Shown one piece after another: positions 9,426-18,333 of a stretch of 32,000 nucleotides of DNA. How positions within the stretch are numbered: the first letter of the stretch is position 1; each line of letters begins with the position of its first letter. Source of the DNA: Candidatus Saccharimonadota bacterium. Its GTDB lineage: Archaea; Nanohalarchaeota; Nanosalinia; Nanosalinales; Nanosalinaceae. The notes under the pieces were generated by a model, which did not search any database, was not told the origin of the DNA, and saw only the letters and a list, made by a program, of their open reading frames with translations. Both the position numbers and the translations under genes were made by a program. The stretch covers positions 480,001-512,000 of the forward strand of contig NZ_CP107255.1 of NCBI RefSeq assembly GCF_029232205.1. Direction: 5' to 3'.

Positions 9426-9839
9426 CTACTTCAGGGCCTCGGCCCTGACAACTTCCATAAATGCGTCGCCTTCTACATCAGGATCATCGCTGTACTCAAT
9501 AGTCAAAGAGTAGGTCTGGCCCTCTAAAGTGGCAAAAATCCTTTTTCTATGTATCTCGCCATCTCTCTCAATATCTATTTCCCGATCAGGCTGCTTATCA
9601 TTCGTAACATCAATGAAAAACTTGGCCTCACTGGTACCCTGCTGGAAAAAAGTAACATTCTTTCCATCAACCTGGCCCGTAGCAATACCAATACTCGAGT
9701 TAACTCTGATGCTTAAATCCTCGGCGTAAGGCTGAGAATCAGAAGACCTCAATTCTGAAAGGCCGATAAAAGCTACAGAAAAGGCCGCTACAAATACTAT
9801 TGCTGATGTAGCAATAACTTTCTGATCAGGAAGTTTCAT
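9426..9839 (-). CDS. Hypothetical membrane-anchored/secreted protein (137 aa from the ATG at 9839)
   Basis: The ORF-track start at 9860 is TTG; the first ATG gives MKLPDQKVIATSAIVFVAAFSVAFIGL (N-terminal TM/signal anchor) followed by an acidic soluble domain. No recognisable family. Confidence 0.55.
   Translation of the reverse strand: MKLPDQKVIATSAIVFVAAFSVAFIGLSELRSSDSQPYAEDLSIRVNSSIGIATGQVDGKNVTFFQQGTSEAKFFIDVTNDKQPDREIDIERDGEIHRKRIFATLEGQTYSLTIEYSDDPDVEGDAFMEVVRAEALK
9432..9447. repeat. 7-bp inverted repeat CAGGGCC-tc-GGCCCTG at the convergent gene junction
   Basis: Read directly. It lies in the last codons (..RAEALK*) of the minus-strand gene ending at 9426 and 27 nt downstream of the AKR stop. 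The GGCC-containing arms could form a stem. Confidence 0.4.
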
Positions 9840-9896
9840 AATCAGAAAACAAGATTCCAAGCTTAAAAAGAAGAAGGAAAAATGAAAGAAGAAACT

Positions 9897-10721
9897 TTAC
9901 TGGCCTGCAAGAGCTGACTCAATTGCTCTTGAAACAGCTGTGTAACTCCAACCTGAGGCCTGCTCTCCATTCACAAAGATTGTAGGTGTACCTGAAACAC
10001 CGTTCGCACGGCCGATACCAAGCTCCTCGTTAACTCTGTCGTTAGTCTCTTTGCTGGAGATACACTGCTCAAGCTGACCGTAGTCAAGACCCTCTGTGCT
10101 CTGACGAGCAATATCCATCAAAAAGTCCTCAGTAGCCCAGTCATCGCTCTCCTGGCCCTGATTATCGTAAACTGCGTGATGGAAGTTCCAGAACTGGTCT
10201 TCATCCTGCTGGTAAACACATTCTCCAGCTACAGCAGCTGTCTGGCTTGTATCACCAGGTAAATTCCCGCCGTCAAGGAAAGCATAGTTGATGAAGTAAA
10301 ACTTCACTTCACCAGTGTCAATGTAGTTCTCCTTCACAGATGGGAAAACCTGCTGATCAAACTGCTCACAGACAGGACAACGATAATCTCCAAACTCTAC
10401 AACCGTTACAGGAGCACTCTCATTACCCATCATCGGCTGATTCTCTAAATCAAAACCGGTCTGCTGAGTAGAAGGCTGCAAAGCAACCTGAACAAGAGGC
10501 CCAAGCACAAGCACAGCCAGACCAAGGCCTAAAACCCCGGTAATACCGTACTTGGCCCATTTCTTCCTCTTCGCAATTCTTCTCTGTTTATCTTTTTCAA
10601 GATCTTTCCTGATCTTCTTAAGCTCTTCTTTATCATGAGAGCTCAATTCATCCTCGTTCTCATCGATATAATCCTCGACTTCACCAGGAGAACTGAAAAC
10701 ATCCTCGTTAAAGTTTGCCAT
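9897..10721 (-). CDS. DsbA-family thiol:disulfide oxidoreductase (thioredoxin fold), membrane anchored
   Basis: Acidic/basic N-terminal region, a TM helix (GITGVLGLGLAVLVLGPLV), then VVEFGDYRCPVCEQF (CxxC active site) and a C-terminal GVSGTPTIFVNG (cis-Pro loop), as in DsbA/BdbD. Confidence 0.85.
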   Translation of the reverse strand: MANFNEDVFSSPGEVEDYIDENEDELSSHDKEELKKIRKDLEKDKQRRIAKRKKWAKYGITGVLGLGLAVLVLGPLVQVALQPSTQQTGFDLENQPMMGNESAPVTVVEFGDYRCPVCEQFDQQVFPSVKENYIDTGEVKFYFINYAFLDGGNLPGDTSQTAAVAGECVYQQDEDQFWNFHHAVYDNQGQESDDWATEDFLMDIARQSTEGLDYGQLEQCISSKETNDRVNEELGIGRANGVSGTPTIFVNGEQASGWSYTAVSRAIESALAGQ

Positions 10722-10810
10722 ACAAAGAACATAGAACTATACAATAAGTAAAGATTTCGGTCAACCAGACACACGAAACAGTTTTTAACACCAAGCACTC
10801 GAATAAAACC

Positions 10811-11362
10811 ATGAATCCAGAACTTCTAGTATCTATATTCTCGTACGGAGCGCTTTTCCTACAGGCAACAATAGCAGTAGGAGGCCTTCTATATCTGGCC
10901 CAAAAACTAACATCATTCGAATACACTGACCATGCGGTACTTGACAGACTACATGAAGAAACAAGCAACTATCATCTTCACCTTGCATTCGTACTGTCTC
11001 TGATAGCAACCGGCGGAAGCCTGTACCTTTCCAACGTACTTGGATGGGAGCCATGCCACCTGTGCTGGTTCCAGAGAATCTTCATGTATCCTCTAGTACT
11101 ACTGACAGGAACAGGCCTACTCCTAGAGAAAGATGACGTAGCAGAATATGCGCTTCCTTTAGTCATGATCGGAGGATCAATCTCAATCTACCACTACGCA
11201 GTACAGATGCTCAGTAAGGTATCCTCCGGATGCTCAACACTATCAGCATCATGCTCCGACAAGTTCACCTACTACTTCGGATACATGACCATCCCAATGT
11301 TTGCTCTCACAGCATTCCTGGGTATAGGAATCCTACTCTGGAAATTCAACAACAAAAATTAA
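10811..11362 (+). CDS. DsbB/BdbC-family disulfide bond formation protein (membrane quinone-linked oxidase)
   Basis: GGSLYLSNVLGWEPCHLCWFQRIFMYPL matches the BdbC signature (PC.LCW.QRI.MYP). A second Cys pair lies in SSGCSTLSASC. Multiple TM helices. An N-terminal extension of about 55 aa adds one helix. Confidence 0.85.
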   Translation: MNPELLVSIFSYGALFLQATIAVGGLLYLAQKLTSFEYTDHAVLDRLHEETSNYHLHLAFVLSLIATGGSLYLSNVLGWEPCHLCWFQRIFMYPLVLLTGTGLLLEKDDVAEYALPLVMIGGSISIYHYAVQMLSKVSSGCSTLSASCSDKFTYYFGYMTIPMFALTAFLGIGILLWKFNNKN

Positions 11363-11386
11363 AACAAAAAACTGGGAGCAGGGCCT

Positions 11387-12361
11387 TCAAACCCTGTTCT
11401 CCTTACTTCTTAAATTCTCGAGAGTAGTGTCAGCAATCCTGTGCATGGCCTCCCTGCTGTTGAAAGCATTGTGCGGAGTAACAAGCACGTCATCTCTCTC
11501 CATCAACATATGATCCTCAAGAATTAACTCCAGATCACATTCATCCTTCAACTGGCCCATAACCTCGATATCTTCCTCAACATAACACTCCTCCTCAAGA
11601 ACATCAAGGCCAGCGCCGGAAACACTGCCATCTTCCAAGGCCTGAATAAGAGCCTCAGTATCAATCAATGCGCCTCTCGCCGTGTTAACCAGCAAAGTAT
11701 CTTCCATTAACTCAAACTCCTCGCTGGAAAGCATATGCCTGTTCTCATCGGTAAGAGGGCAGTGAAGAGAAACTACATCGGAATGATCAAGCAGATCCTC
11801 TAGAGAGACATACATGAATCCCAGTTCTTCCTCCAGGCTTTCATCTCCATAAGGATCGTAGGCCACCACATCCATGCCAAAACCTCTGGCAATCTTGATC
11901 ACGTTCTGGCCTATTGCGCCGGTACCGATAACTCCAAGCTTCTTTCCATGAAGATCAAATCCTCTAAGGCCTTCATGATCAAAGCTGCCGTTATCAACTT
12001 TTCTAATCGCCTCATAAATCTTCCTGCTTAAGCTGAGGATAAGCCCGAAAGTATGCTCTGCCACAGTGCTACCTCCATATTGCGGCACGTTGCATACTGT
12101 AATGTTGTTTTCTTCCGCTGCTTCAAGATCTACGTGGTCGTATCCTGTGGATCTACAGGCCACAAGATCGATTTCAAGGCTGTCTAAAACCTTTTCATTG
12201 ATATGAGAGTCAACAAACACTGTTACAGCGTCGAAGCCCTCGGCCTTCTCTACCGTCTCCTCTGTGAGTGAGTCGGAGAAGAACTCTATCTCTAGATTTG
12301 AGGTTTTTCCTTCCAGATACTCTTTTTCCCATTCTTCCGCGTCAAACCATGCTACTTTCAT
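11387..12361 (-). CDS. D-isomer-specific 2-hydroxyacid dehydrogenase (D-lactate dehydrogenase-like), NAD-binding
   Basis: GVIGTGAIGQNV (Rossmann GxGxxG), NTARGALID, LDVLEEE, and TPHNAFNSREA (catalytic His region). Confidence 0.9.
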   Translation of the reverse strand: MKVAWFDAEEWEKEYLEGKTSNLEIEFFSDSLTEETVEKAEGFDAVTVFVDSHINEKVLDSLEIDLVACRSTGYDHVDLEAAEENNITVCNVPQYGGSTVAEHTFGLILSLSRKIYEAIRKVDNGSFDHEGLRGFDLHGKKLGVIGTGAIGQNVIKIARGFGMDVVAYDPYGDESLEEELGFMYVSLEDLLDHSDVVSLHCPLTDENRHMLSSEEFELMEDTLLVNTARGALIDTEALIQALEDGSVSGAGLDVLEEECYVEEDIEVMGQLKDECDLELILEDHMLMERDDVLVTPHNAFNSREAMHRIADTTLENLRSKENRV

Positions 12362-12367
12362 TTTTGA

Positions 12368-13132
12368 TCAGTGTGCTGTCCATCCGCCATCTACAACCAG
12401 GTTTTCTCCTGTCACAAAGTTACTTTCCGAAGAGGCCAGGAAGGCCACAGCATTTGCAATATCCTCAGGCTCTCCGACTCTCGGAGAAACAGTATTGGAC
12501 TCGATAAACTGCTTCTGCTCCTCATCCTCAAGCATTTCCTCAGTCATAGCAGTTCTGATAACTCCAGGAGATACAGAGTTCACATTGATACCCTCCGGCC
12601 CATAATCAAGAGCCATTTCACGGGTAAGCTCGACTACGCCGCCTTTAGAAGCACAGTAAGCTGCGTTCTGGCCATAACCAACGATACCTGCGATACTGGC
12701 AATGTTAACTACATCTCCCTCAATATCTTCCTTCAGCATGTGATCAATCACGTGCTTGCTGCACAGGAACTGGCCATCAAGATTGACCTCGATAGTCTTC
12801 CTCCAGTCCTCCATATCGGTCTCATCAGCGGATCCGGGAATATGGATTCCGGCATTATTCACAAGAACATCAATCTGGCCGTACTTCTCCGCCGCCTGAA
12901 AAACAGTATCCTGAACTGACTCCTCATCACTGACATCAGTCTCAATAAAAACGGCCTCACCACCTTCCTCATTAATCATTTCGTGTGTAGTCCTTCCATC
13001 CTGATTAGGTTCTCGCCGAACATCAGCAACAACCACGTTAGCGCCTTCATCACCAAGTTTTTGAGCAATAGCTCTTCCGATACCGGAAGAGGATCCTGTA
13101 ACAATCGCAGTCCGACCTTCAAATCTATTCAT
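12368..13132 (-). CDS. Short-chain dehydrogenase/reductase (classical SDR, FabG/glucose-1-dehydrogenase-like)
   Basis: TGSSSGIGRA (TGxxxGIG), NNAG, catalytic YCASKGG (YxxxK), PGVIRT. Lies 6 nt upstream of the 2-hydroxyacid dehydrogenase on the same strand. Confidence 0.9.
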   Translation of the reverse strand: MNRFEGRTAIVTGSSSGIGRAIAQKLGDEGANVVVADVRREPNQDGRTTHEMINEEGGEAVFIETDVSDEESVQDTVFQAAEKYGQIDVLVNNAGIHIPGSADETDMEDWRKTIEVNLDGQFLCSKHVIDHMLKEDIEGDVVNIASIAGIVGYGQNAAYCASKGGVVELTREMALDYGPEGINVNSVSPGVIRTAMTEEMLEDEEQKQFIESNTVSPRVGEPEDIANAVAFLASSESNFVTGENLVVDGGWTAH

Positions 13133-13199
13133 AGTAATTTTATCACCTTCATAACTGCAACTGGAACAGGCCTGACTATAAAACCTGCTAGTAAATAAC

Positions 13200-13595
13200 T
13201 CAAAATTCTTCCAGCTCTCTAACCTCAGGCCTCAAAGAGTCTCCATCAACCACATTATTCTCACGCAGAACATTCAAGTGATAGCTCAGCGTAGAACTAT
13301 CGATATTAAGAGAATCAGCAATATCAGACTTCTTATCGGCCTCAACCAAACCCCTTACAATCTCTTTCTTCTTTTCATCTCTCAAAAGGCCTAGAATACA
13401 TTTTTTAACGCATAAATTCTCGAGAGGACACTCTTTACATGCGGAAGGGCTGACATATTTTTTATCTTTCTTCACTACATCAGCTTTACGTAAATGATAC
13501 TGTAATTGGCCGTTAGCCATTTCAAAACTTTCTTTCAGCTCTGTAAAGCTGATGCCTGGATTGTTCTCCACCTCTTTCTCTATCCTGGCTTTCAC
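13200..13595 (-). CDS. Tandem winged-helix (ArsR-like) transcription regulator with a central Cys4 motif
   Basis: GTG start. Two HTH recognition-helix-like segments (ANGQLQYHLRKADVV and DSSTLSYHLNVLRENNVV) flank CKECPLENLCVKKC (C-x2-C-x5-C-x3-C). Confidence 0.7.
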   Translation of the reverse strand: MKARIEKEVENNPGISFTELKESFEMANGQLQYHLRKADVVKKDKKYVSPSACKECPLENLCVKKCILGLLRDEKKKEIVRGLVEADKKSDIADSLNIDSSTLSYHLNVLRENNVVDGDSLRPEVRELEEF

Positions 13596-13669
13596 AGTAA
13601 ACTATTGTGGCCCGGTATTTGAATATTTTACCAGTAGAAAGTTAAGCCCGGCCAGGACAAGAATTGTTC

Positions 13670-14029
13670 ATGATCTGTATAGCTTCTCTAATAGTTTTCT
13701 CCATACTGGGGATTTTCTCCGCAAAATACAGAACCCTGGCCAAAGAGGCCTTCGACTGCATGATCGACAAGGCAGTAGTAGGTGAATGCGACTCTGACTT
13801 CGAAGATCGCGTAAAGGCCATGATTATAACACCGCTGCTAGGAAAATATCCGTGGGCAGCAAAATTTGTTGACAGATACCTAGACAAGATCGCAATAATA
13901 TTCGTCATAGTCTTCATCATAACATTCCTGATCAGCCTCAGAGCCCTTGTAATGCTCTACATCTACGGATCATGCAAAGGCCCTGAAACAGGATGCGCAG
14001 CGTCAGGAATCCTGGAGGCAATCCTATGA
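13670..14029 (+). CDS. Small two-TM membrane protein with two Cys pairs, translationally coupled to the cysteine desulfurase
   Basis: The track start at 13664 is TTG; the ATG at 13670 gives MICIASLIVFSILGIF (TM1), FDC-x10-C, TM2 (IAIIFVIVFIITFLISL), then GSCKGPETGC. The stop overlaps the next start (ATGA at 14026-14029). Confidence 0.5.
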   Translation: MICIASLIVFSILGIFSAKYRTLAKEAFDCMIDKAVVGECDSDFEDRVKAMIITPLLGKYPWAAKFVDRYLDKIAIIFVIVFIITFLISLRALVMLYIYGSCKGPETGCAASGILEAIL

Positions 14030-15159
14030 GAGAAGAAGACTTTCCAGTACTCCAGAACAGAGAAGTTACATATCTAGACAGCGCATGCATGTCACTCAGG
14101 CCTGAAAGAGTGATACAGTCTGTGGAAAAATACTACAGAGATCTCTCATCATGCCCAGGAAGAAGCAGCCACAAACTCGGAAGAGAAACAGGCGACAGAA
14201 TCAACAAAGCCCGGGCAACGGTATCAGACTTCATAGACGCAGGCCACAAAGACATAGCATTCACCTCAGGAACTACAGAGGCCCTGAATCTGGCAGCAAA
14301 GGCCTTTTCCAATATGAATGTTGTAGTTTCTGATAAAGAGCATAACTCCAACCTGGTGCCATGGCAGAAAAACAATATCGATGTACTGAAGACGGATGAT
14401 GGGATAGATCTTCAGGCCCTATCCGAAAAAGTCGATGAAAATACCGTAGTTTCTCTTCACCATAAATCCAATATTGATGGATCTGAGCTACCTGTAGAGG
14501 AAATATCGGAAATAGTCCACGAAAAGAACGGTTATCTGGTTGTGGACGCGGCACAGAGCATTTCCCACAGGCCTGTATCAGTAAACGAAATCAATCCTGA
14601 TGTGCTTGCATTTTCAGGTCATAAAATGTTCGGGCCTAGCGGTACCGGCGTGCTCTACGTCTCTGACAGGGCAAAAGAATTATTCAGGAATGTCAAGACA
14701 GGTGGCGGAGCGGTCAAAAACACGACCTTCCAGGAGGCCGAGTTCAAATCCTTTCCTAGCTGTGTAGAGGCCGGTCTTCCAAATGCTGCAGGGATCATAG
14801 GTCTCGGAACCGCAGTAGAATATATTGAAGAAGTGGGGATAGGAGAGATTGAAAGCCATGAGCAGAAGCTCTCTAGACTTATCAGACAGAAAACTCGAGA
14901 AATTGAAGGCCTGAAAATTGTAGGTGATCACGGAACCGGTGTGTTCTCCTTCTCTTTTGATAACGTCGGTGCACATCAGGTATCCGAAATGCTGGACAGA
15001 AAAGATATCGCGGTAAGATCGGGCCGCCACTGCGTCCACTCATGGTTTAACAGCAGAGATATTGAACCAAGCTTCAGAGCATCACTTCACATGTATAACA
15101 CCGAGGAAGACATTGAGAGGCTTTTTGAGGTCCTTAAGCAGATCTCGGTTTTGAACTAG
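14026..15159 (+). CDS. Cysteine desulfurase, class V aminotransferase, group II (SufS/CsdA-like)
   Basis: PLP-lysine motif FSGHKMFGPSGTGVLY, catalytic-Cys motif VRSGRHCVH (compare RAGHHCA), and N-terminal FPVL...YLDSA. An alternative ATG at 13993 lies in the same frame; 14026 is preferred because of the ATGA overlap. Confidence 0.9.
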   Translation: MREEDFPVLQNREVTYLDSACMSLRPERVIQSVEKYYRDLSSCPGRSSHKLGRETGDRINKARATVSDFIDAGHKDIAFTSGTTEALNLAAKAFSNMNVVVSDKEHNSNLVPWQKNNIDVLKTDDGIDLQALSEKVDENTVVSLHHKSNIDGSELPVEEISEIVHEKNGYLVVDAAQSISHRPVSVNEINPDVLAFSGHKMFGPSGTGVLYVSDRAKELFRNVKTGGGAVKNTTFQEAEFKSFPSCVEAGLPNAAGIIGLGTAVEYIEEVGIGEIESHEQKLSRLIRQKTREIEGLKIVGDHGTGVFSFSFDNVGAHQVSEMLDRKDIAVRSGRHCVHSWFNSRDIEPSFRASLHMYNTEEDIERLFEVLKQISVLN

Positions 15160-15198
15160 GGATTTGATTCAAAAGACTGCAGTGCCATTCAGTTTTCT

Positions 15199-15981
15199 AT
15201 GCTTACAGTCGATCCTTCATCTGTGCTTGGCAGTGGGGAAATTGCCCTCAACATTGTTAGGTTTCTGATTACGTTCGCAGTTGGAGCAGTAATCACGAAA
15301 GTAGTAGTCATGCCTCTAGTAGGCAGAGCAGTATCCAGAAAAGCAGATACAAGAACACACCACAGCATAGTGAACTTTGCAGGCCTCTCAGGACTTTTCA
15401 TATCCTTTACTATTGCGTTACAGGCAGGGGACTTTGGAAACCTTGCATCTATAATTGGAGCAATCGCAGCAGCCTTAACAGTTGCAGTAGGTTTCGGAAT
15501 GAGGGATCAGGTCTCAAATATCATGGCCGGAGTATTCCTCTACTTTGACACACCTTTCGTAAAAGGAGACTTCATAGAGGTCAACGGCCAGTCAGGAGTA
15601 GTAAGAGAGACAAATCTCCGAGATACTGTTATCAAGGATGAAAGCAGCCAGAAAAAAGTCATTCCAAACGCAATGATCACAGGCAACCCAACAATCAACT
15701 ACACAAGATCCGATAAAACCAGGAGAGCATTCAAAGTAGATCTTGACCCGGAGAAAATCGATGAAACAGAAGAAACACTGGCCGAAGCCGCAGCTGAAAC
15801 ATCAGAAATCCTGGAAAAACCAGAGCCAAATACAAAGATCGACGCAGAGGAGAAGAAAGCAGTACTCCACTACTGGATAAGAAACCCGCGGAAAGCAGAA
15901 TCAATTGAATCAGATCTATCAAGACTTTACCTAAAGAAGGCCTCAGAAAAAGGGCTCTTGAAGAAAGAAGAAAAGGAATAG
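15199..15981 (+). CDS. Small-conductance mechanosensitive channel (MscS family)
   Basis: Three N-terminal TM helices, then FVKGDFIEVNGQSGVVRETNLRDTVIKDESSQKKVIPNAMI, the conserved MscS beta-domain block. Confidence 0.85.
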   Translation: MLTVDPSSVLGSGEIALNIVRFLITFAVGAVITKVVVMPLVGRAVSRKADTRTHHSIVNFAGLSGLFISFTIALQAGDFGNLASIIGAIAAALTVAVGFGMRDQVSNIMAGVFLYFDTPFVKGDFIEVNGQSGVVRETNLRDTVIKDESSQKKVIPNAMITGNPTINYTRSDKTRRAFKVDLDPEKIDETEETLAEAAAETSEILEKPEPNTKIDAEEKKAVLHYWIRNPRKAESIESDLSRLYLKKASEKGLLKKEEKE

Positions 15982-16054
15982 AGAAAGATTTAACACAATT
16001 ACATCAGTAAAAATTCTCTATGAACACTAAAGGCCTGAAAAAAGGTGTTTTTCA

Positions 16055-16519
16055 GTGAGAAAACCAGAGAAAAAAGTATACGGAATATGGATTATACAGG
16101 CCTTTATACCAGTAATAATTCTTTCAGCACTGTTTTCATGGCCTATCCAGCAGTTTTCATCACTGAATGTTTTCACAGGGTTTGCATCGATTTTCGTTGT
16201 TCTCTCGGCTTTAGCAGTTCTCTACACGGTTTATCGTTACAGGGCCTGGAGTTTTGAGATGAAAGAGGATCATCTCTATCTGGAGCACGGTGTATTCAGA
16301 AAAGTTTACTCAATGGTTCCTTACGTGAGAATACAGCATGTTGACACTCAGAGAGATGTGCTTGACAGGTTTTTCGGCCTCTCCAGAGTAGTGGTCTACA
16401 CTGCAGGATCTAGAGGCGCGGATGTAACAGTACCGGGCCTTCTGCCTGCTGACGCCGATGATATTCAGAGAAAGCTCAGAGATGTTGCTATTGAATCAGA
16501 GGACAGAGATGCAGTATGA
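16055..16519 (+). CDS. YdbS-like membrane protein with one bacterial PH (bPH_2 / DUF304) domain
   Basis: GTG start. Two TM helices, then YRYRAWSFEMKEDHLYLEHGVFRKVYSMVPYVRIQHVDTQRDVLDRFFGLSRVVVYTAG. 4-nt overlap with the next gene. Confidence 0.75.
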   Translation: MRKPEKKVYGIWIIQAFIPVIILSALFSWPIQQFSSLNVFTGFASIFVVLSALAVLYTVYRYRAWSFEMKEDHLYLEHGVFRKVYSMVPYVRIQHVDTQRDVLDRFFGLSRVVVYTAGSRGADVTVPGLLPADADDIQRKLRDVAIESEDRDAV

Positions 16520-17934
16520 AACTTGCTAAAGAATCAATACTGTACAAGGCAGTTCAGAACGTACTGGCCTTACTGGCGATCTTCCTTTTCTCAGGATCAA
16601 CATCTCTGCAGGCCTTTAATCTTGCTGCTGCACTCGTAATAGGAGCACTGTTTATTGTTACAATTTCTTCATCGCTTCTCTGGCAGTACCTTGTCTGGAA
16701 AAACTATTCCTATAGAATAGAGGCTGAAGGAGTCCAGATAAAGCATGGAGTAGTCAGGAAGAATCAGAGGGAAATCCCTCTACGCAGAATACAGAACGTT
16801 GACATCAAGAGAAATATCGTGCACAGAATGCTGGGTATTGCACAGGTAAACCTGGAAACAGCTGGTGGAGGAACCACAGAGGCCTCATTCAAGTTTGTAG
16901 ATCTGGATGAAGCCCGTAATATCCAGCAGAAAGTAAGAAGGTTGAAGAAAGGAGAATCTGAAGAGGAAGCTGATGAAGAAGACAGAGAACTACTTTTCGA
17001 ACTCAATCAGAAAGAACTGGGGGTTCTCTCAGCGACATCTATTCAGGGAAGAGCAATTGCAGGCCTTTTCGGAGTAATAGGAATTATGGGAGGGTTTCTA
17101 GGCTCTCAGATAGAAGGTTTTGGTCTTCAGACTGCAGTTGCATCCTTCTTTGTCTTATCGGCAGGTCTTCTGGTTGTCTGGGTTTCCAGCGCAGTGACAC
17201 AGTTCTTCAGATTCTTTGATTTCAAGCTGTATCGAGCTGATGACTCTCTGGAGTATGAGAGAGGCCTTATTAACAGATCGGAGGGAAGTATTCCTCTTGA
17301 GAAGGTGCAGAAGCTTACTATTGAGGAGAATCCTCTCAAGAGATGGCTTGGCTATTCTACTCTGAAGATTGAAACTGCTGGTTACTCCGCAGAGCAGTCA
17401 ATGGAGCAAGGCCCTGAATCTGCTATCCCTATCGCTGAAAAGAGCAGGGTAATTGATTTTGCTCACAGCATTCAGGATTTCAACGATCTATCTCTGGGAA
17501 GTATTCCTGGAAGGGCCAGAAGAAGATACATCGGCCGCTACACGATTCTTTCCACGGTTCTTCTTGGAGCAGGAGTCGTTGTTGATGCTTTCTACGGCTT
17601 CAACTACCTGGTCCTGCTGGCTCTGTATCCTATCTCGCTCGTGGCAGCTCACTTCAAATGGATTAACAAAGGGTATGGGTCCGGAGAATCTCATTTCTTC
17701 ACCATGAACGGATTCTGGAATAGAGAGACAATGATCGTGCCGTACTACAGAATTCAGAACCTGATCGAGAGCCAGACACTTCTACAGAGAAGATGGAATC
17801 TCTCATCACTTACACTGGACATTGCCGGTACCTCACCGTTCCAGAAAGATGCAGTAGCAGAAGATCTCGATACAGTAGAGGCCCGGAAGCTGAGGGAGGA
17901 AACATTCGATAACTTCAAGAAATCTCTTCAGTAA
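16516..17934 (+). CDS. YdbT-like membrane protein with three bPH_2 domains
   Basis: Three copies of the Y.....gv.i..G...r....ipl.riQnv......l.r..g...l.ieTAG pattern, separated by TM hairpins. 472 aa. Paired with the YdbS-like gene as in Bacillus ydbST. Confidence 0.75.
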   Translation: MKLAKESILYKAVQNVLALLAIFLFSGSTSLQAFNLAAALVIGALFIVTISSSLLWQYLVWKNYSYRIEAEGVQIKHGVVRKNQREIPLRRIQNVDIKRNIVHRMLGIAQVNLETAGGGTTEASFKFVDLDEARNIQQKVRRLKKGESEEEADEEDRELLFELNQKELGVLSATSIQGRAIAGLFGVIGIMGGFLGSQIEGFGLQTAVASFFVLSAGLLVVWVSSAVTQFFRFFDFKLYRADDSLEYERGLINRSEGSIPLEKVQKLTIEENPLKRWLGYSTLKIETAGYSAEQSMEQGPESAIPIAEKSRVIDFAHSIQDFNDLSLGSIPGRARRRYIGRYTILSTVLLGAGVVVDAFYGFNYLVLLALYPISLVAAHFKWINKGYGSGESHFFTMNGFWNRETMIVPYYRIQNLIESQTLLQRRWNLSSLTLDIAGTSPFQKDAVAEDLDTVEARKLREETFDNFKKSLQ

Positions 17935-17936
17935 AT

Positions 17937-18290
17937 CTAGGCCGCATATTCTTCTATTTCTTTATTTTCTATCAGAACTTTCTCAACCATCTCCAGTCTC
18001 TCAAGGTCAACAGATCCCGGCATGTAACGACTTGCTGAAGAGGAAGAAGTACGGCTCTTAACAACTTCCAGATCTTCCAGAACACTGAGACATGTGCCGG
18101 CAACCGTCACACTAAGCGGGAACTTCTTGGACACCTTCGACGAGTTAAACGACGTGGCCCTCTTGACCGAAAAATATCTGAGGAAGGCCTTGCATAGATA
18201 GAAATTCCGGGTAAACATCTTGAATCCGCGGTCATTGAAGTCCTTGGCCTTTGCTACATCATCAACCAGTCGCTGATCTATCTCCTGCAT
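17937..18290 (-). CDS. Hypothetical protein (117 aa)
   Basis: The only long ORF in this interval. No motif recognised. Relatively basic and Ser-rich for this proteome, so coding status is uncertain. Confidence 0.4.
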   Translation of the reverse strand: MQEIDQRLVDDVAKAKDFNDRGFKMFTRNFYLCKAFLRYFSVKRATSFNSSKVSKKFPLSVTVAGTCLSVLEDLEVVKSRTSSSSASRYMPGSVDLERLEMVEKVLIENKEIEEYAA

Positions 18291-18333
18291 AACAAGAAAG
18301 TTTGAACTGCATAAATTAAAGAAATAAGGTGGG

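Noticed and set aside
12264-12919. Plus-strand ORFs 12264-12605, 12268-12507, 12371-12919 and 12983-13198
   Set aside because: They are antisense to the SDR and 2-hydroxyacid dehydrogenase genes, both of which have complete cofactor and catalytic motifs.
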